Source: Candidatus Cloacimonadota bacterium
GTDB taxonomy: Bacteria > Cloacimonadota > Cloacimonadia > G963667145
Assembly: GCA_963676615.1 (NCBI GenBank)
Contig: OY781092.1
Coordinates: 448,001 to 512,000, forward strand
Length of the DNA: 64,000 bases
Direction of reading: 5' to 3'
Positions 39,078 to 47,413 of this stretch are shown here, piece after piece. Position numbers and translations under genes: made by a program. The notes below the pieces were generated by a model. That model ran no database searches. It was not told the DNA's origin and was given only the letters and a program-made list of their open reading frames with translations. Each line of letters begins with the position of its first letter. The first letter of the stretch is position 1.

Positions 39078-39684
39078 TATTTTTTTGTCCCATTTTTTGA
39101 CGAAAGAGCAGCAAAAAGTTTTCCTCTTTTTGCTTCTTTTTTTTGCTTTTGGAAAAGGTCTGGATTTGGTTTCTTATCAAAAATATGCGACGCCAGAGGA
39201 GAAAAAGAGGCTGACGCAGGCGCTGGAAAAGCAGGCAAAAGTTGTGTTTGATCTGCAGACAGCCACGGCGCAGGAACTGGAGATGGTGCCTGGCATCGGC
39301 GCAAAAACAGCGGCGAAAATTATCGCTCTTCGCCCCAAGTTTACTTGCCGCGAAGATTTGTTAAAGGTCAAAGGCATTGGACCTGCCAAGTTTGCCAAGA
39401 TTAAGGACTATTTTTTGCCGTTTGGGCAGACTCATCAGGAAGAAGTGGCGCAGGAGAAAAAATCTCAGGCGGAGTTCGATTTGCAGGCAGAATCTGTCGA
39501 TTTGAACACGGCTGGCGTTCAGGAGCTTACATCTGTCAAAGGCATCGGCAAAGTTACGGCGCAAAAGATTGTTGAGTATCGAGAGAAAAACGGCAGATTT
39601 GACTCTTTGGAAGATTTGTTGAAGATTAAAGGCATTGGCAAGAAAAAGCTGCAACTTATTTCAAAGCAAGCAGTTATAAGGTAA
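39064..39684 (+). CDS. comEA: ComEA-like helix-hairpin-helix DNA-binding protein
   Basis: N-terminal TM; two domains with VPGIG/VKGIG HhH motifs; DLNTA..QEL. Confidence 0.8.
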   Translation: MKKFDIFLSHFLTKEQQKVFLFLLLFFAFGKGLDLVSYQKYATPEEKKRLTQALEKQAKVVFDLQTATAQELEMVPGIGAKTAAKIIALRPKFTCREDLLKVKGIGPAKFAKIKDYFLPFGQTHQEEVAQEKKSQAEFDLQAESVDLNTAGVQELTSVKGIGKVTAQKIVEYREKNGRFDSLEDLLKIKGIGKKKLQLISKQAVIR

Positions 39685-39693
39685 AGAGGGAAA

Positions 39694-40980
39694 ATGATTG
39701 AGAGATATTCGCGCGAGCAGATGCGGGAGATTTGGAGCGATAAGAGCAAGTTTGACAAGATGTTGTTGGTGGAAGTGGCTGTGTGCAGGGCGAAGGCGAA
39801 GCTGGGGATTATTCCAGAGAAAGATATGCAACAGATTGAAAATTCAGCTAGTTACACACTTGCTCGATTGCGTGAGATTGAGAAAGAGGTGAAGCACGAT
39901 GTGATTGCGTTTCTCACGAATGTGGCTGAAAATGTGGGCGATTCCTCGCGTTATATTCATGTGGGTTTGACCTCGTCCGATGTGTTGGATTCGGCTCTGG
40001 CGTTGCAGTTCAAGGACTCTTTGCAGATTTTGCAGTCGGGTTTGGACGCACTTATGCAGCAGTTGAAAATTTTGGCGTATAAATACAAAGATTTGCCGCA
40101 AATGGGCAGAACTCACGGCGTTCATGCCGAGCCGATTAGTTTGGGGTTGAAGTTTGCTCTTTGGTATGAGGATATGAAGCGAAATCGGCAGCGGTTGCAG
40201 GAGATCAAAAAGCGGGTGCTTGTGGGCAAACTTTCGGGAGCTGTGGGGACTTTTGCGGCGACAGAGCCAGAGGTGGAGGAGCTCGCTTTGCAATCTTTGG
40301 GGCTCGATTTTGCGAAAATTTCCACGCAGATTGTGCAGCGAGATCGGCAGGCGGAGTATTTGAATTTTTGCGCACTGGTGGCGTCGTGCCTCGAGAAAAT
40401 TGCTGTTGAGCTTCGCAATTTGCAACGAACAGAAATCAGGGAGCTGGAAGAGGGTTTTGGCAAAGGGCAAAAGGGTTCTTCAGCGATGCCCCACAAAAAA
40501 AATCCAATCTCTGCGGAAAACATTACGGGATTGTGCAGAGTTGTGCGAGGCTATGCGGTGGCTGGCTTGGAGAATGTTGCTTTGTGGCACGAGCGCGATT
40601 TGTCCAACTCGTCGTGCGAGCGGGTGACTTTGGCGGATAGCTCGATTTTGCTCGATTATATGCTTGCTCGTATGTTGAAGATTTTGAGTAACTTAACCGT
40701 TTTGGAAGATAACATCAGCGAGAATTTGCACAAAACCAAAGGGATTATTTTTTCGCAAAAGCTGATGCTTGCCCTGACCAAATCTGGCACGCTTCGTGAG
40801 GACGCTTATGCCTTGGTACAAGCGCTTTCGCACAAGGCTTGGAACGAAAAAATAGAGCTTAAAACTTTGGTGGAAAAAGAGCCAAAAATCGTATTGTCGC
40901 AGTCGCAAATCGACGAGATTTTTTCGGTGAAAAACTTTCTAGGCAATGTTGACAAAATTTTCGCTAGAGTTTTTGATTAA
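39694..40980 (+). CDS. purB: Adenylosuccinate lyase
   Basis: MIERYS, HDVIAF, H.GLTSSDV.D, GRTHGVHAEP, GSSAMPHKKNP, WHERDLS.S. Confidence 0.96.
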   Translation: MIERYSREQMREIWSDKSKFDKMLLVEVAVCRAKAKLGIIPEKDMQQIENSASYTLARLREIEKEVKHDVIAFLTNVAENVGDSSRYIHVGLTSSDVLDSALALQFKDSLQILQSGLDALMQQLKILAYKYKDLPQMGRTHGVHAEPISLGLKFALWYEDMKRNRQRLQEIKKRVLVGKLSGAVGTFAATEPEVEELALQSLGLDFAKISTQIVQRDRQAEYLNFCALVASCLEKIAVELRNLQRTEIRELEEGFGKGQKGSSAMPHKKNPISAENITGLCRVVRGYAVAGLENVALWHERDLSNSSCERVTLADSSILLDYMLARMLKILSNLTVLEDNISENLHKTKGIIFSQKLMLALTKSGTLREDAYALVQALSHKAWNEKIELKTLVEKEPKIVLSQSQIDEIFSVKNFLGNVDKIFARVFD

Positions 40981-41822
40981 AAGACGAAAGTTTTGTTTTT
41001 GTAGGTGATAATTTTGCGGTTGACATGGTTGTAAATCGCCCGTGACAGCACGATTTTTTCCAAATCTTTGCCCTGACGAATCAGCTCTTTAATCGAGTCG
41101 CTGTGCGAGACTCGGGCAACATCTTGCTCAATTATCGGACCTTCATCAAGTTTGGTCGTCACATAGTGGCTGGTGGCGCCGATGATTTTCACGCCGCGGT
41201 TGAACGCCTGATGATAAGGCTTTGCGCCCGGAAAAGCTGGCAAAAATGAGTGGTGAATGTTGATGATTTTGTTGGGGAATTTGCAGATTAGCGCCTCGGA
41301 CAAAATTTGCATATAACGCGCCAGCACTACGAAATCGACCTGATGTTTTTTCAAAAGTTCCAGCTGTTTTTGTTCCATTTCGGCTTTGTTCTCTTTGGTA
41401 ATCGGCAGATAAAAAAATGGAATACCAAAAGCTTTGGCAATCGGCTCTAAAACTTGATGATTGGAGATAATCAGCGGAATTTCGATTTGATAAGCGTCTT
41501 GGCGTGCCAAAATGTCGAACAGGCAGTGCGAGGCTTTGGAAACAAAAATCGCCATCTTGGGCTTTGCGTCGGTAAAGTAGAGGTGAATCTCGGTTTTACT
41601 CAAGGTTTTTGCCACCTCAAGCTCAAATTTTTCTTTGATTTCGTGCCGCTGCAAACCGAACTCCGTCAGCGACCATTTGACCCGCATAAAATATTTGTTG
41701 TCCTCAACATGCTGGTCGATATCGACGATATTTCCCTCGTATTTCGCCAAAAAAGAGGTGACTTTGGCAGCAATTCCCAGCTGATCCTGGCAGCTAATCA
41801 AAAGAATAGCAAACGCACTCAT
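40977..41822 (-). CDS. purU: Formyltetrahydrofolate deformylase
   Basis: N-terminal ACT domain, VLARYMQILS, INIHHSFLPAFPGAKPYHQA..RGVKIIGATSHY. Confidence 0.96.
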   Translation of the reverse strand: MSAFAILLISCQDQLGIAAKVTSFLAKYEGNIVDIDQHVEDNKYFMRVKWSLTEFGLQRHEIKEKFELEVAKTLSKTEIHLYFTDAKPKMAIFVSKASHCLFDILARQDAYQIEIPLIISNHQVLEPIAKAFGIPFFYLPITKENKAEMEQKQLELLKKHQVDFVVLARYMQILSEALICKFPNKIINIHHSFLPAFPGAKPYHQAFNRGVKIIGATSHYVTTKLDEGPIIEQDVARVSHSDSIKELIRQGKDLEKIVLSRAIYNHVNRKIITYKNKTFVF

Positions 41823-41914
41823 AATTCAATCCTTCTCAAGTTAATCTAATACGAAAAGTTTTTTCGGAAGCGGATTGTCAACAGAAACAGGGGAATATCA
41901 CCGTTTTGGCTGGG

Positions 41915-42694
41915 CTAAACCAGATTGACATGCTCCAGTTTGATGCTTTGGTCGTTCAAAATTTTGCGAGCCAAAAGCAAGAAATTTTCTTGATTGTCGG
42001 TGACGAAAAAGTGGTTTTTCCCGAGAGTTTTTTGGGTGGAAGATTCGATTTTTGTCTTTAAAAATCTGCTGATGGCGACGCCTGAGTCGATTAAGTTTAC
42101 TTTGCCGTCAAAAAAATTGTCGATGCTTTTTTTTAGCACAGGATAGTGGGTGCAGCCCAAAATTAAGGTGTCGATTTTGCCCAAGAAATTTTGCAGATAC
42201 TCCCGCACCAAAATGTCGGTGATTTGGTGATTTTCGTAGCCGTTTTCCACCAAGGGGACGAACATCGGGCAGCTTTTGCTGTGGGTGATGACCTGACTGT
42301 TTAGCTTTTGCAGTTCGTGGCTATAAGCTTTACTTTTGACGGTCGCTTCTGTGCCGATAATCCCGATTTTTCCGCTTTTGCTGGCGTTGATGGCGACTTT
42401 TGCGCCGATTTTGATTACGCCAAATATTGGAATGTCGAATTTTGCTCTTAACTCTTTGATAGCCAAAGCACTAGCTGTGTTGCAAGCAACGATGATGACT
42501 TTGACATTTTGCGAGAGAAGAAATCGGACATTTTCTTCGCAAAATCTGATGATGCTCTCTTTGCTTTTTGTGCCATAGGGCAGACGGGCGGTGTCGCCCA
42601 GATAGACGATGTTGTCGCTTGGGAAAGTCGCGCGGATCTCTTTGAAAATCGTTAGTCCGCCGACGCCAGAATCGAATATGCCAATTGGTCTCAT
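41915..42694 (-). CDS. murI: Glutamate racemase
   Basis: IGIFDSGVGGLT, PYGTKS, VACNTAS, LGCTHYP. Confidence 0.96.
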   Translation of the reverse strand: MRPIGIFDSGVGGLTIFKEIRATFPSDNIVYLGDTARLPYGTKSKESIIRFCEENVRFLLSQNVKVIIVACNTASALAIKELRAKFDIPIFGVIKIGAKVAINASKSGKIGIIGTEATVKSKAYSHELQKLNSQVITHSKSCPMFVPLVENGYENHQITDILVREYLQNFLGKIDTLILGCTHYPVLKKSIDNFFDGKVNLIDSGVAISRFLKTKIESSTQKTLGKNHFFVTDNQENFLLLARKILNDQSIKLEHVNLV

Positions 42695-42699
42695 CGAAA

Positions 42700-44091
42700 C
42701 TATTTCGTTTCTTTGGCGTTAATCTCTTTTCCGTCCAGCTCGTCCAGCAGAGAGCTCACAAGAGATTTTTTGCACACTTCCTTATCTTTTGCGTTTCCCA
42801 AAAACTCCACAAACCCTTGTTGCGTGGTCAATACGGTGTAAAATTTGTCGTCTTTTACAGGAGAAAATCCAAACAAACCAGCTGTTTGCAAAGAGACGAT
42901 TTTGCTTTTGTCGTATTTTAGCTCGGGGGCGTAAATTTGGTAATTTTTTGTTTCAAAAAGAATTTTTTGCAAGATTTGCTTCAGCTCTTTTCCGCTGATT
43001 TTTGCGGTGAAAAGGCGATAATTTTTGCCGAAGAGGTTGTAAATATCCAGCGCAGTGACATTCCCTTTTTGAAGAGGTTGCAAGAAAATATTTTGTGGCA
43101 AAAGAGCAAAATCGGCAGATTGATTTTCGGCGACAGCTCGGCAAATGAAGCTTCCCAAAGGCGTGCGAAAATCTTTTTTTGCAGCTTTGTCGCTAAGTTC
43201 TTCGCCGCAGGTGGCAATCGTTTTTGATTTTTGCGGCGTCTCTTGGCTGGCAGATGCTGGGATTGTGACGATTTGCGCTTGAGCGGAAGTTAGGAATTTG
43301 AATTTGGGCTTGAACTCAAGGTCGATTTGGCTGACTTCGTTTTTTTGCAGGCTAGAGCTTATAATCGGCGTTCCGTTTATTCTAGCGAAGTAGGAACGAT
43401 TTTTGTCGCTGATTAAAATTGCAGAAATCCCTTTAATTTGGCAAACTTTTTCCAGCTCTTTGTCTTGCGCTCGCTTGCTGAAAGTGTCGAAACCGTCGGG
43501 AAAGTTGAGCATCAAAATTATTGCGTTCGGCAAATTTTGAGTTTCTGAAGCCAAGATTTTTTTCAATTCAGCCTCTATCGAAGCAGCCAAAGATGTGGTC
43601 TGGATGTCGTTATTGACAAAAAAATCTTGTGTGTAGCCGCCTAGGAATAATATTTTGATGCCTTTATGGGTGACGAGCGAAGATTTTGGAAAATTGCGTA
43701 GCTTTTTTGAATTTTCGCTTTGCAGGTTTGTGCCAAGTGTTTTTATTTTGGCGTAAGCGTTGATTTTTTGGTATTGCTCTAGCCCGAAACACAGGTCAAG
43801 GCTGCTCAGGAGTGTGTAGCGCACATCGATTTTTTGCAAGATTTTGGCGACAGCCAAGCCTTTATCTTCAAACGAGTTGAACGAGCCAAAATAGTTGTCG
43901 CCGAGGCTGACCACAATCGGCTGGCGATAGTCAAAGGAGATATAGTCGGCTAAATCGCTCGCCCCGAGTCCCTGCTGGGTGGTTTGCACCCGCCCTTGCA
44001 AGTTGTCGAAGGCGATGATTCTGATTTTGTCGAAATCTTCTGCCCACAGCGGACAGAAGACTAAAAAGAGCAGTAACCCAAAAAGACGCAT
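42700..44091 (-). CDS. Secreted 5'-nucleotidase-like protein with degenerate metallophosphoesterase motifs
   Basis: Signal peptide; C-terminal 5'-nucleotidase domain pattern (TPLGSFICRAV...ADFAL...G.VT..DIY.LF.....ISGKELKQIL); only GD of the catalytic motifs retained. Confidence 0.65.
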   Translation of the reverse strand: MRLFGLLLFLVFCPLWAEDFDKIRIIAFDNLQGRVQTTQQGLGASDLADYISFDYRQPIVVSLGDNYFGSFNSFEDKGLAVAKILQKIDVRYTLLSSLDLCFGLEQYQKINAYAKIKTLGTNLQSENSKKLRNFPKSSLVTHKGIKILFLGGYTQDFFVNNDIQTTSLAASIEAELKKILASETQNLPNAIILMLNFPDGFDTFSKRAQDKELEKVCQIKGISAILISDKNRSYFARINGTPIISSSLQKNEVSQIDLEFKPKFKFLTSAQAQIVTIPASASQETPQKSKTIATCGEELSDKAAKKDFRTPLGSFICRAVAENQSADFALLPQNIFLQPLQKGNVTALDIYNLFGKNYRLFTAKISGKELKQILQKILFETKNYQIYAPELKYDKSKIVSLQTAGLFGFSPVKDDKFYTVLTTQQGFVEFLGNAKDKEVCKKSLVSSLLDELDGKEINAKETK

Positions 44092-44103
44092 TTTTTTTGC
44101 TAA

Positions 44104-44382
44104 TTAAAAGAGGTAGCCAGCGATGTTTTTGCAGACAGTTTGCATATCGCCAACAGCTTTTTCGATCGCTTGTGGTGCGGTGTTCAAGACCTCTTGCAAA
44201 CTTTTTCTTTTGCTAAAATCTAGACCGCCAGCGGCTTGTTGCTGTTGGTTTGCTTGGGTGGTTTCTTCCAAATTGATTGAGCCAGGATCTGGAGAGGTGA
44301 TTTTTTTCTCCAAAGCTCTCAAAAAAGCCATATTTTTCATCAATAATTTTACAGATTGGTCAAGCATTTCGTGTTTATACAT
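44104..44382 (-). CDS. Hypothetical protein (92 aa)
   Basis: AAGGAG RBS and ATG; TTGACT upstream; heads the run towards murI. Confidence 0.65.
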   Translation of the reverse strand: MYKHEMLDQSVKLLMKNMAFLRALEKKITSPDPGSINLEETTQANQQQQAAGGLDFSKRKSLQEVLNTAPQAIEKAVGDMQTVCKNIAGYLF

Positions 44383-44539
44383 CGTTAACTCCTTGTTTTA
44401 ATGTAATTTTTAGTTTTGCCAACACTTTGTCACTTTAAAAAGAAGTCAAGAATTTATTTTTAGATTTCTGAATTTTGATTTTATGATTGACACAAAATTT
44501 CGGTGGAAAAGTTTATTTTGCAAAAAAAAAGAGGTTGGT

Positions 44540-47413
44540 TTGAAAGTTGGAAATTGGGGGAGTTTTGCGATTCGATGGATTAGATGGTGGATTTTTTCGC
44601 TTTGGCTGGTTTTGCCGTTGTTTGCGTGGGCAAAGGTGACGATAAACGAGGTGCTTTATGACCCGAGCGGAACCGACAAAGGTAAGGAGTGGCTGGAGAT
44701 TTACAACGATTCTGAGGCGTCTGTCGATTTGACGGGCTGGCAGATTTATTCGGGAGGTGGAAGTTTTTCGCTGGATTTCACCTTTCCTGTTTGCACGCTG
44801 GCTGGGAAAAGTTTTTTGCTGATCGGTGCGCCAACTTTTTGTGATTTGCAAACAGAGTTCTCTTTTCAGAACGGTGGATCAGAGACAGACGGCATTATGC
44901 TGATGGACTCGCAAGGCGTTTGCCGAGATGTTTTGCTTTATGATAGTTCGAACGCAAGTGGTTTGCAGGTGGAAAATGGTCAAGTGGGGACGAGTTTTGC
45001 GGTTGATGTTGCCCAGGGAAATTCGCTGGCTAGAAAAATTGATGGGCTGGATAGCGACGATTGCATGGCGGATTTTCGGGAATGTGGCAAGCCGACGCCG
45101 GGTAAGAGCAATGTCGAACCGATTATTCCGCTGATAATTAGCGAGATTTTTTACAATCCTGTGGGCATCGACGGCGATGCTGAGTGGATCGAGATTTATA
45201 ATCCGACCGATCAAACTGTGGATTTGCAAGGCTGGCAGATACTTTCTGCGGGGGTTTCTTTTGCGCAGGATTACATTTTTGAGCCGTATCTTCTGGCGGC
45301 GAAATCTTTTGTGGTTTTGGGAGCAGGCGATTTTTGCGATATTAAGCAGCGGTTTTCGTTTCAAAATGGCGGTTCTGCAGTTGACGGCGTGAAACTTTTG
45401 TCGCCTGACGAAGCTTATAGTGATGTGGTTTTGTATGGCGAGAATAACGAGAATTTGCTGGAGGACGAGAGCGGCGATGCGGCGGTGAGTTTTGCGCAGA
45501 ATGTGCAGGAAGGACAGTCGCTGGCGAGGGTTAATCTTGCGCAAGATAACGATGCTAGTGGAATAGATTTTTTGCCGAGCGATTTTTGCACGCTAAAAGA
45601 GGTAAACAAGTTTTCGGTAGATTTACGGCTTGTCGATTTTCAAAATTTGGGAGAGAAATTGTCTGTGCGGGTTGAAAATTTATCGGTTTTTGGGCTAAAA
45701 AATGAGCAAGCGAAAATCGTTTTGAGCTCGCAGGGGCAAAGCGTGCAGGAGGTTTGGGTCGATTCTTTGGCTGCGGGCAAATCTTTGCAGATTGTTTTTA
45801 ATTTGGCGAATTTTTCGCAGCAGTATCAGGTGTGGCAAGCTGAACTTTTTTGCGAGTTGGATGCGGACAAGAGCGATAATCGCCTGGCTTTGTCGCGGTT
45901 AGATGGTGCGAGCCCTTTGCTGATTAGCGAGGTGGTGCCGAGCCCTGTGGAGAGTTCTGCCGAGTGGGTTGAGCTGTATAATTGTGGGCAAGATGCGCTG
46001 AATTTGACGGGAGTGCAGCTCGCAGACGAGTCGGGCAAGAGTTGCAGCTTCGATTTGGCTCTGCCCAGCGGAGATTTTGCGGTGCTTACGGCGGATTTGG
46101 CGGCTTTTTTGCGGGAGTATCCGCAAGCAAATCGGCAGAAAATTTTGCAGGTGGAAGATTTGGTGAGTCTGAACAATTCCAGAGATGTGTTGGTGCTCAG
46201 CGATGGTTTGGGCGCGGTTTTTGATTCGGTGAGTTATGGCAAATCGGACGCTGATAAGCTCAAAAAAAAGCAGGCTCTGGCGAGATATTTTTGGAAAGAT
46301 GACGCCAGCCAATTTTTTGTTACCGATTTTGTGACTCCAACAGAAAGGAATAAGTTCCCGCTGAGCTTGAAGTTAAGCAATTTGCAAAAGTTAGACACGA
46401 AGTTATCCACACAAATACACAATTTGTCCACATTCGATTTGCAGCCAGATTTGGCGCGCGTTTTTTTGAGCTACAACGGCGAAATTGTGGCGGAGCAAAC
46501 GCTTGGTTTTTTGGCTGCGGGAGATTATCAAAAGCTGGAATTTTCGGTTGAGCAGAAAAGCGATTTTTACAAAGTTTGGACAGTAAATCTGGTGTGCGAT
46601 TACGACACAGAAAATGGCGATAACTGCCTTGTTTTGTCGGAAGTTAGCTCGCAAGGAGTGCTGCTCATAAACGAGGTGATGGCAAATCCCGGAAAGGGCT
46701 GTGCCGAGTGGCTGGAGCTGTATAATTCTGATGACGAAAAAATTGAGATAGCGGGGATGCAGATTCGTGACAAATCTGGCGATGTTTCGCGCTTCGATTT
46801 GAGCATTTTGGGCAAAGATTATCTGGTGCTTGTCTCTGATTTAGCGGAGTTTACGCAAACTTATCCACAGGTGGATTTGGCGAAAGTGGCGCAGGTGGAA
46901 GATTTGGTCAGCTTGAACAACAGCAATGAGGTTTTGATTTTGGAAGATTCGCTGGGGCTGTGCTTCGATTCGGTGAGCTACGGGGTTGTGAACGCCCCCA
47001 GTGGCGTGTCGCTGGAGAAGTTCGGCTATGGCGATTACGCAAATGTGTGGGGCGATTGCCTGGAGCAAGCCACACCAGCTGCGGCGAACTCGGTCAGAAT
47101 TTACGAATACAAAGATTTTTTTGCGGTTCGGGTTTCTGGCGAAATTTGCAGAAAAGGCGAGCCGATAATTATCAGCTATAATGTGCCAGAGCTTTTGTCC
47201 ACGGTGCGCGTGCAGTGCCGCGTGTTCGATCTCTCGGGCAGATTGTGCAGGACTGTCGGCAACTATCGACGCTCGGCAATAACTGGCGAGTTGGAGTTCG
47301 ACGGCAAAGACGATAGCGGCGATTTTTTGGAAGCGGGCGTTTATTCGCTCATTTTGACAATTTCTAAGGGTAACACCTTGTATCACAAAAAGTTATACAT
47401 TACAATAAAATGA
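44540..47413 (+). CDS. Secreted multi-lamin-tail-domain protein with C-terminal FlgD-Ig-like domain
   Basis: Four I(N/S)E..(Y/P/A).P....EW.E.YN units; C-terminal VFDLSGRL.RT...FDGKDDSG..L.AGVY; probable TTG start after AAGAGG. Confidence 0.8.
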   Translation: MKVGNWGSFAIRWIRWWIFSLWLVLPLFAWAKVTINEVLYDPSGTDKGKEWLEIYNDSEASVDLTGWQIYSGGGSFSLDFTFPVCTLAGKSFLLIGAPTFCDLQTEFSFQNGGSETDGIMLMDSQGVCRDVLLYDSSNASGLQVENGQVGTSFAVDVAQGNSLARKIDGLDSDDCMADFRECGKPTPGKSNVEPIIPLIISEIFYNPVGIDGDAEWIEIYNPTDQTVDLQGWQILSAGVSFAQDYIFEPYLLAAKSFVVLGAGDFCDIKQRFSFQNGGSAVDGVKLLSPDEAYSDVVLYGENNENLLEDESGDAAVSFAQNVQEGQSLARVNLAQDNDASGIDFLPSDFCTLKEVNKFSVDLRLVDFQNLGEKLSVRVENLSVFGLKNEQAKIVLSSQGQSVQEVWVDSLAAGKSLQIVFNLANFSQQYQVWQAELFCELDADKSDNRLALSRLDGASPLLISEVVPSPVESSAEWVELYNCGQDALNLTGVQLADESGKSCSFDLALPSGDFAVLTADLAAFLREYPQANRQKILQVEDLVSLNNSRDVLVLSDGLGAVFDSVSYGKSDADKLKKKQALARYFWKDDASQFFVTDFVTPTERNKFPLSLKLSNLQKLDTKLSTQIHNLSTFDLQPDLARVFLSYNGEIVAEQTLGFLAAGDYQKLEFSVEQKSDFYKVWTVNLVCDYDTENGDNCLVLSEVSSQGVLLINEVMANPGKGCAEWLELYNSDDEKIEIAGMQIRDKSGDVSRFDLSILGKDYLVLVSDLAEFTQTYPQVDLAKVAQVEDLVSLNNSNEVLILEDSLGLCFDSVSYGVVNAPSGVSLEKFGYGDYANVWGDCLEQATPAAANSVRIYEYKDFFAVRVSGEICRKGEPIIISYNVPELLSTVRVQCRVFDLSGRLCRTVGNYRRSAITGELEFDGKDDSGDFLEAGVYSLILTISKGNTLYHKKLYITIK

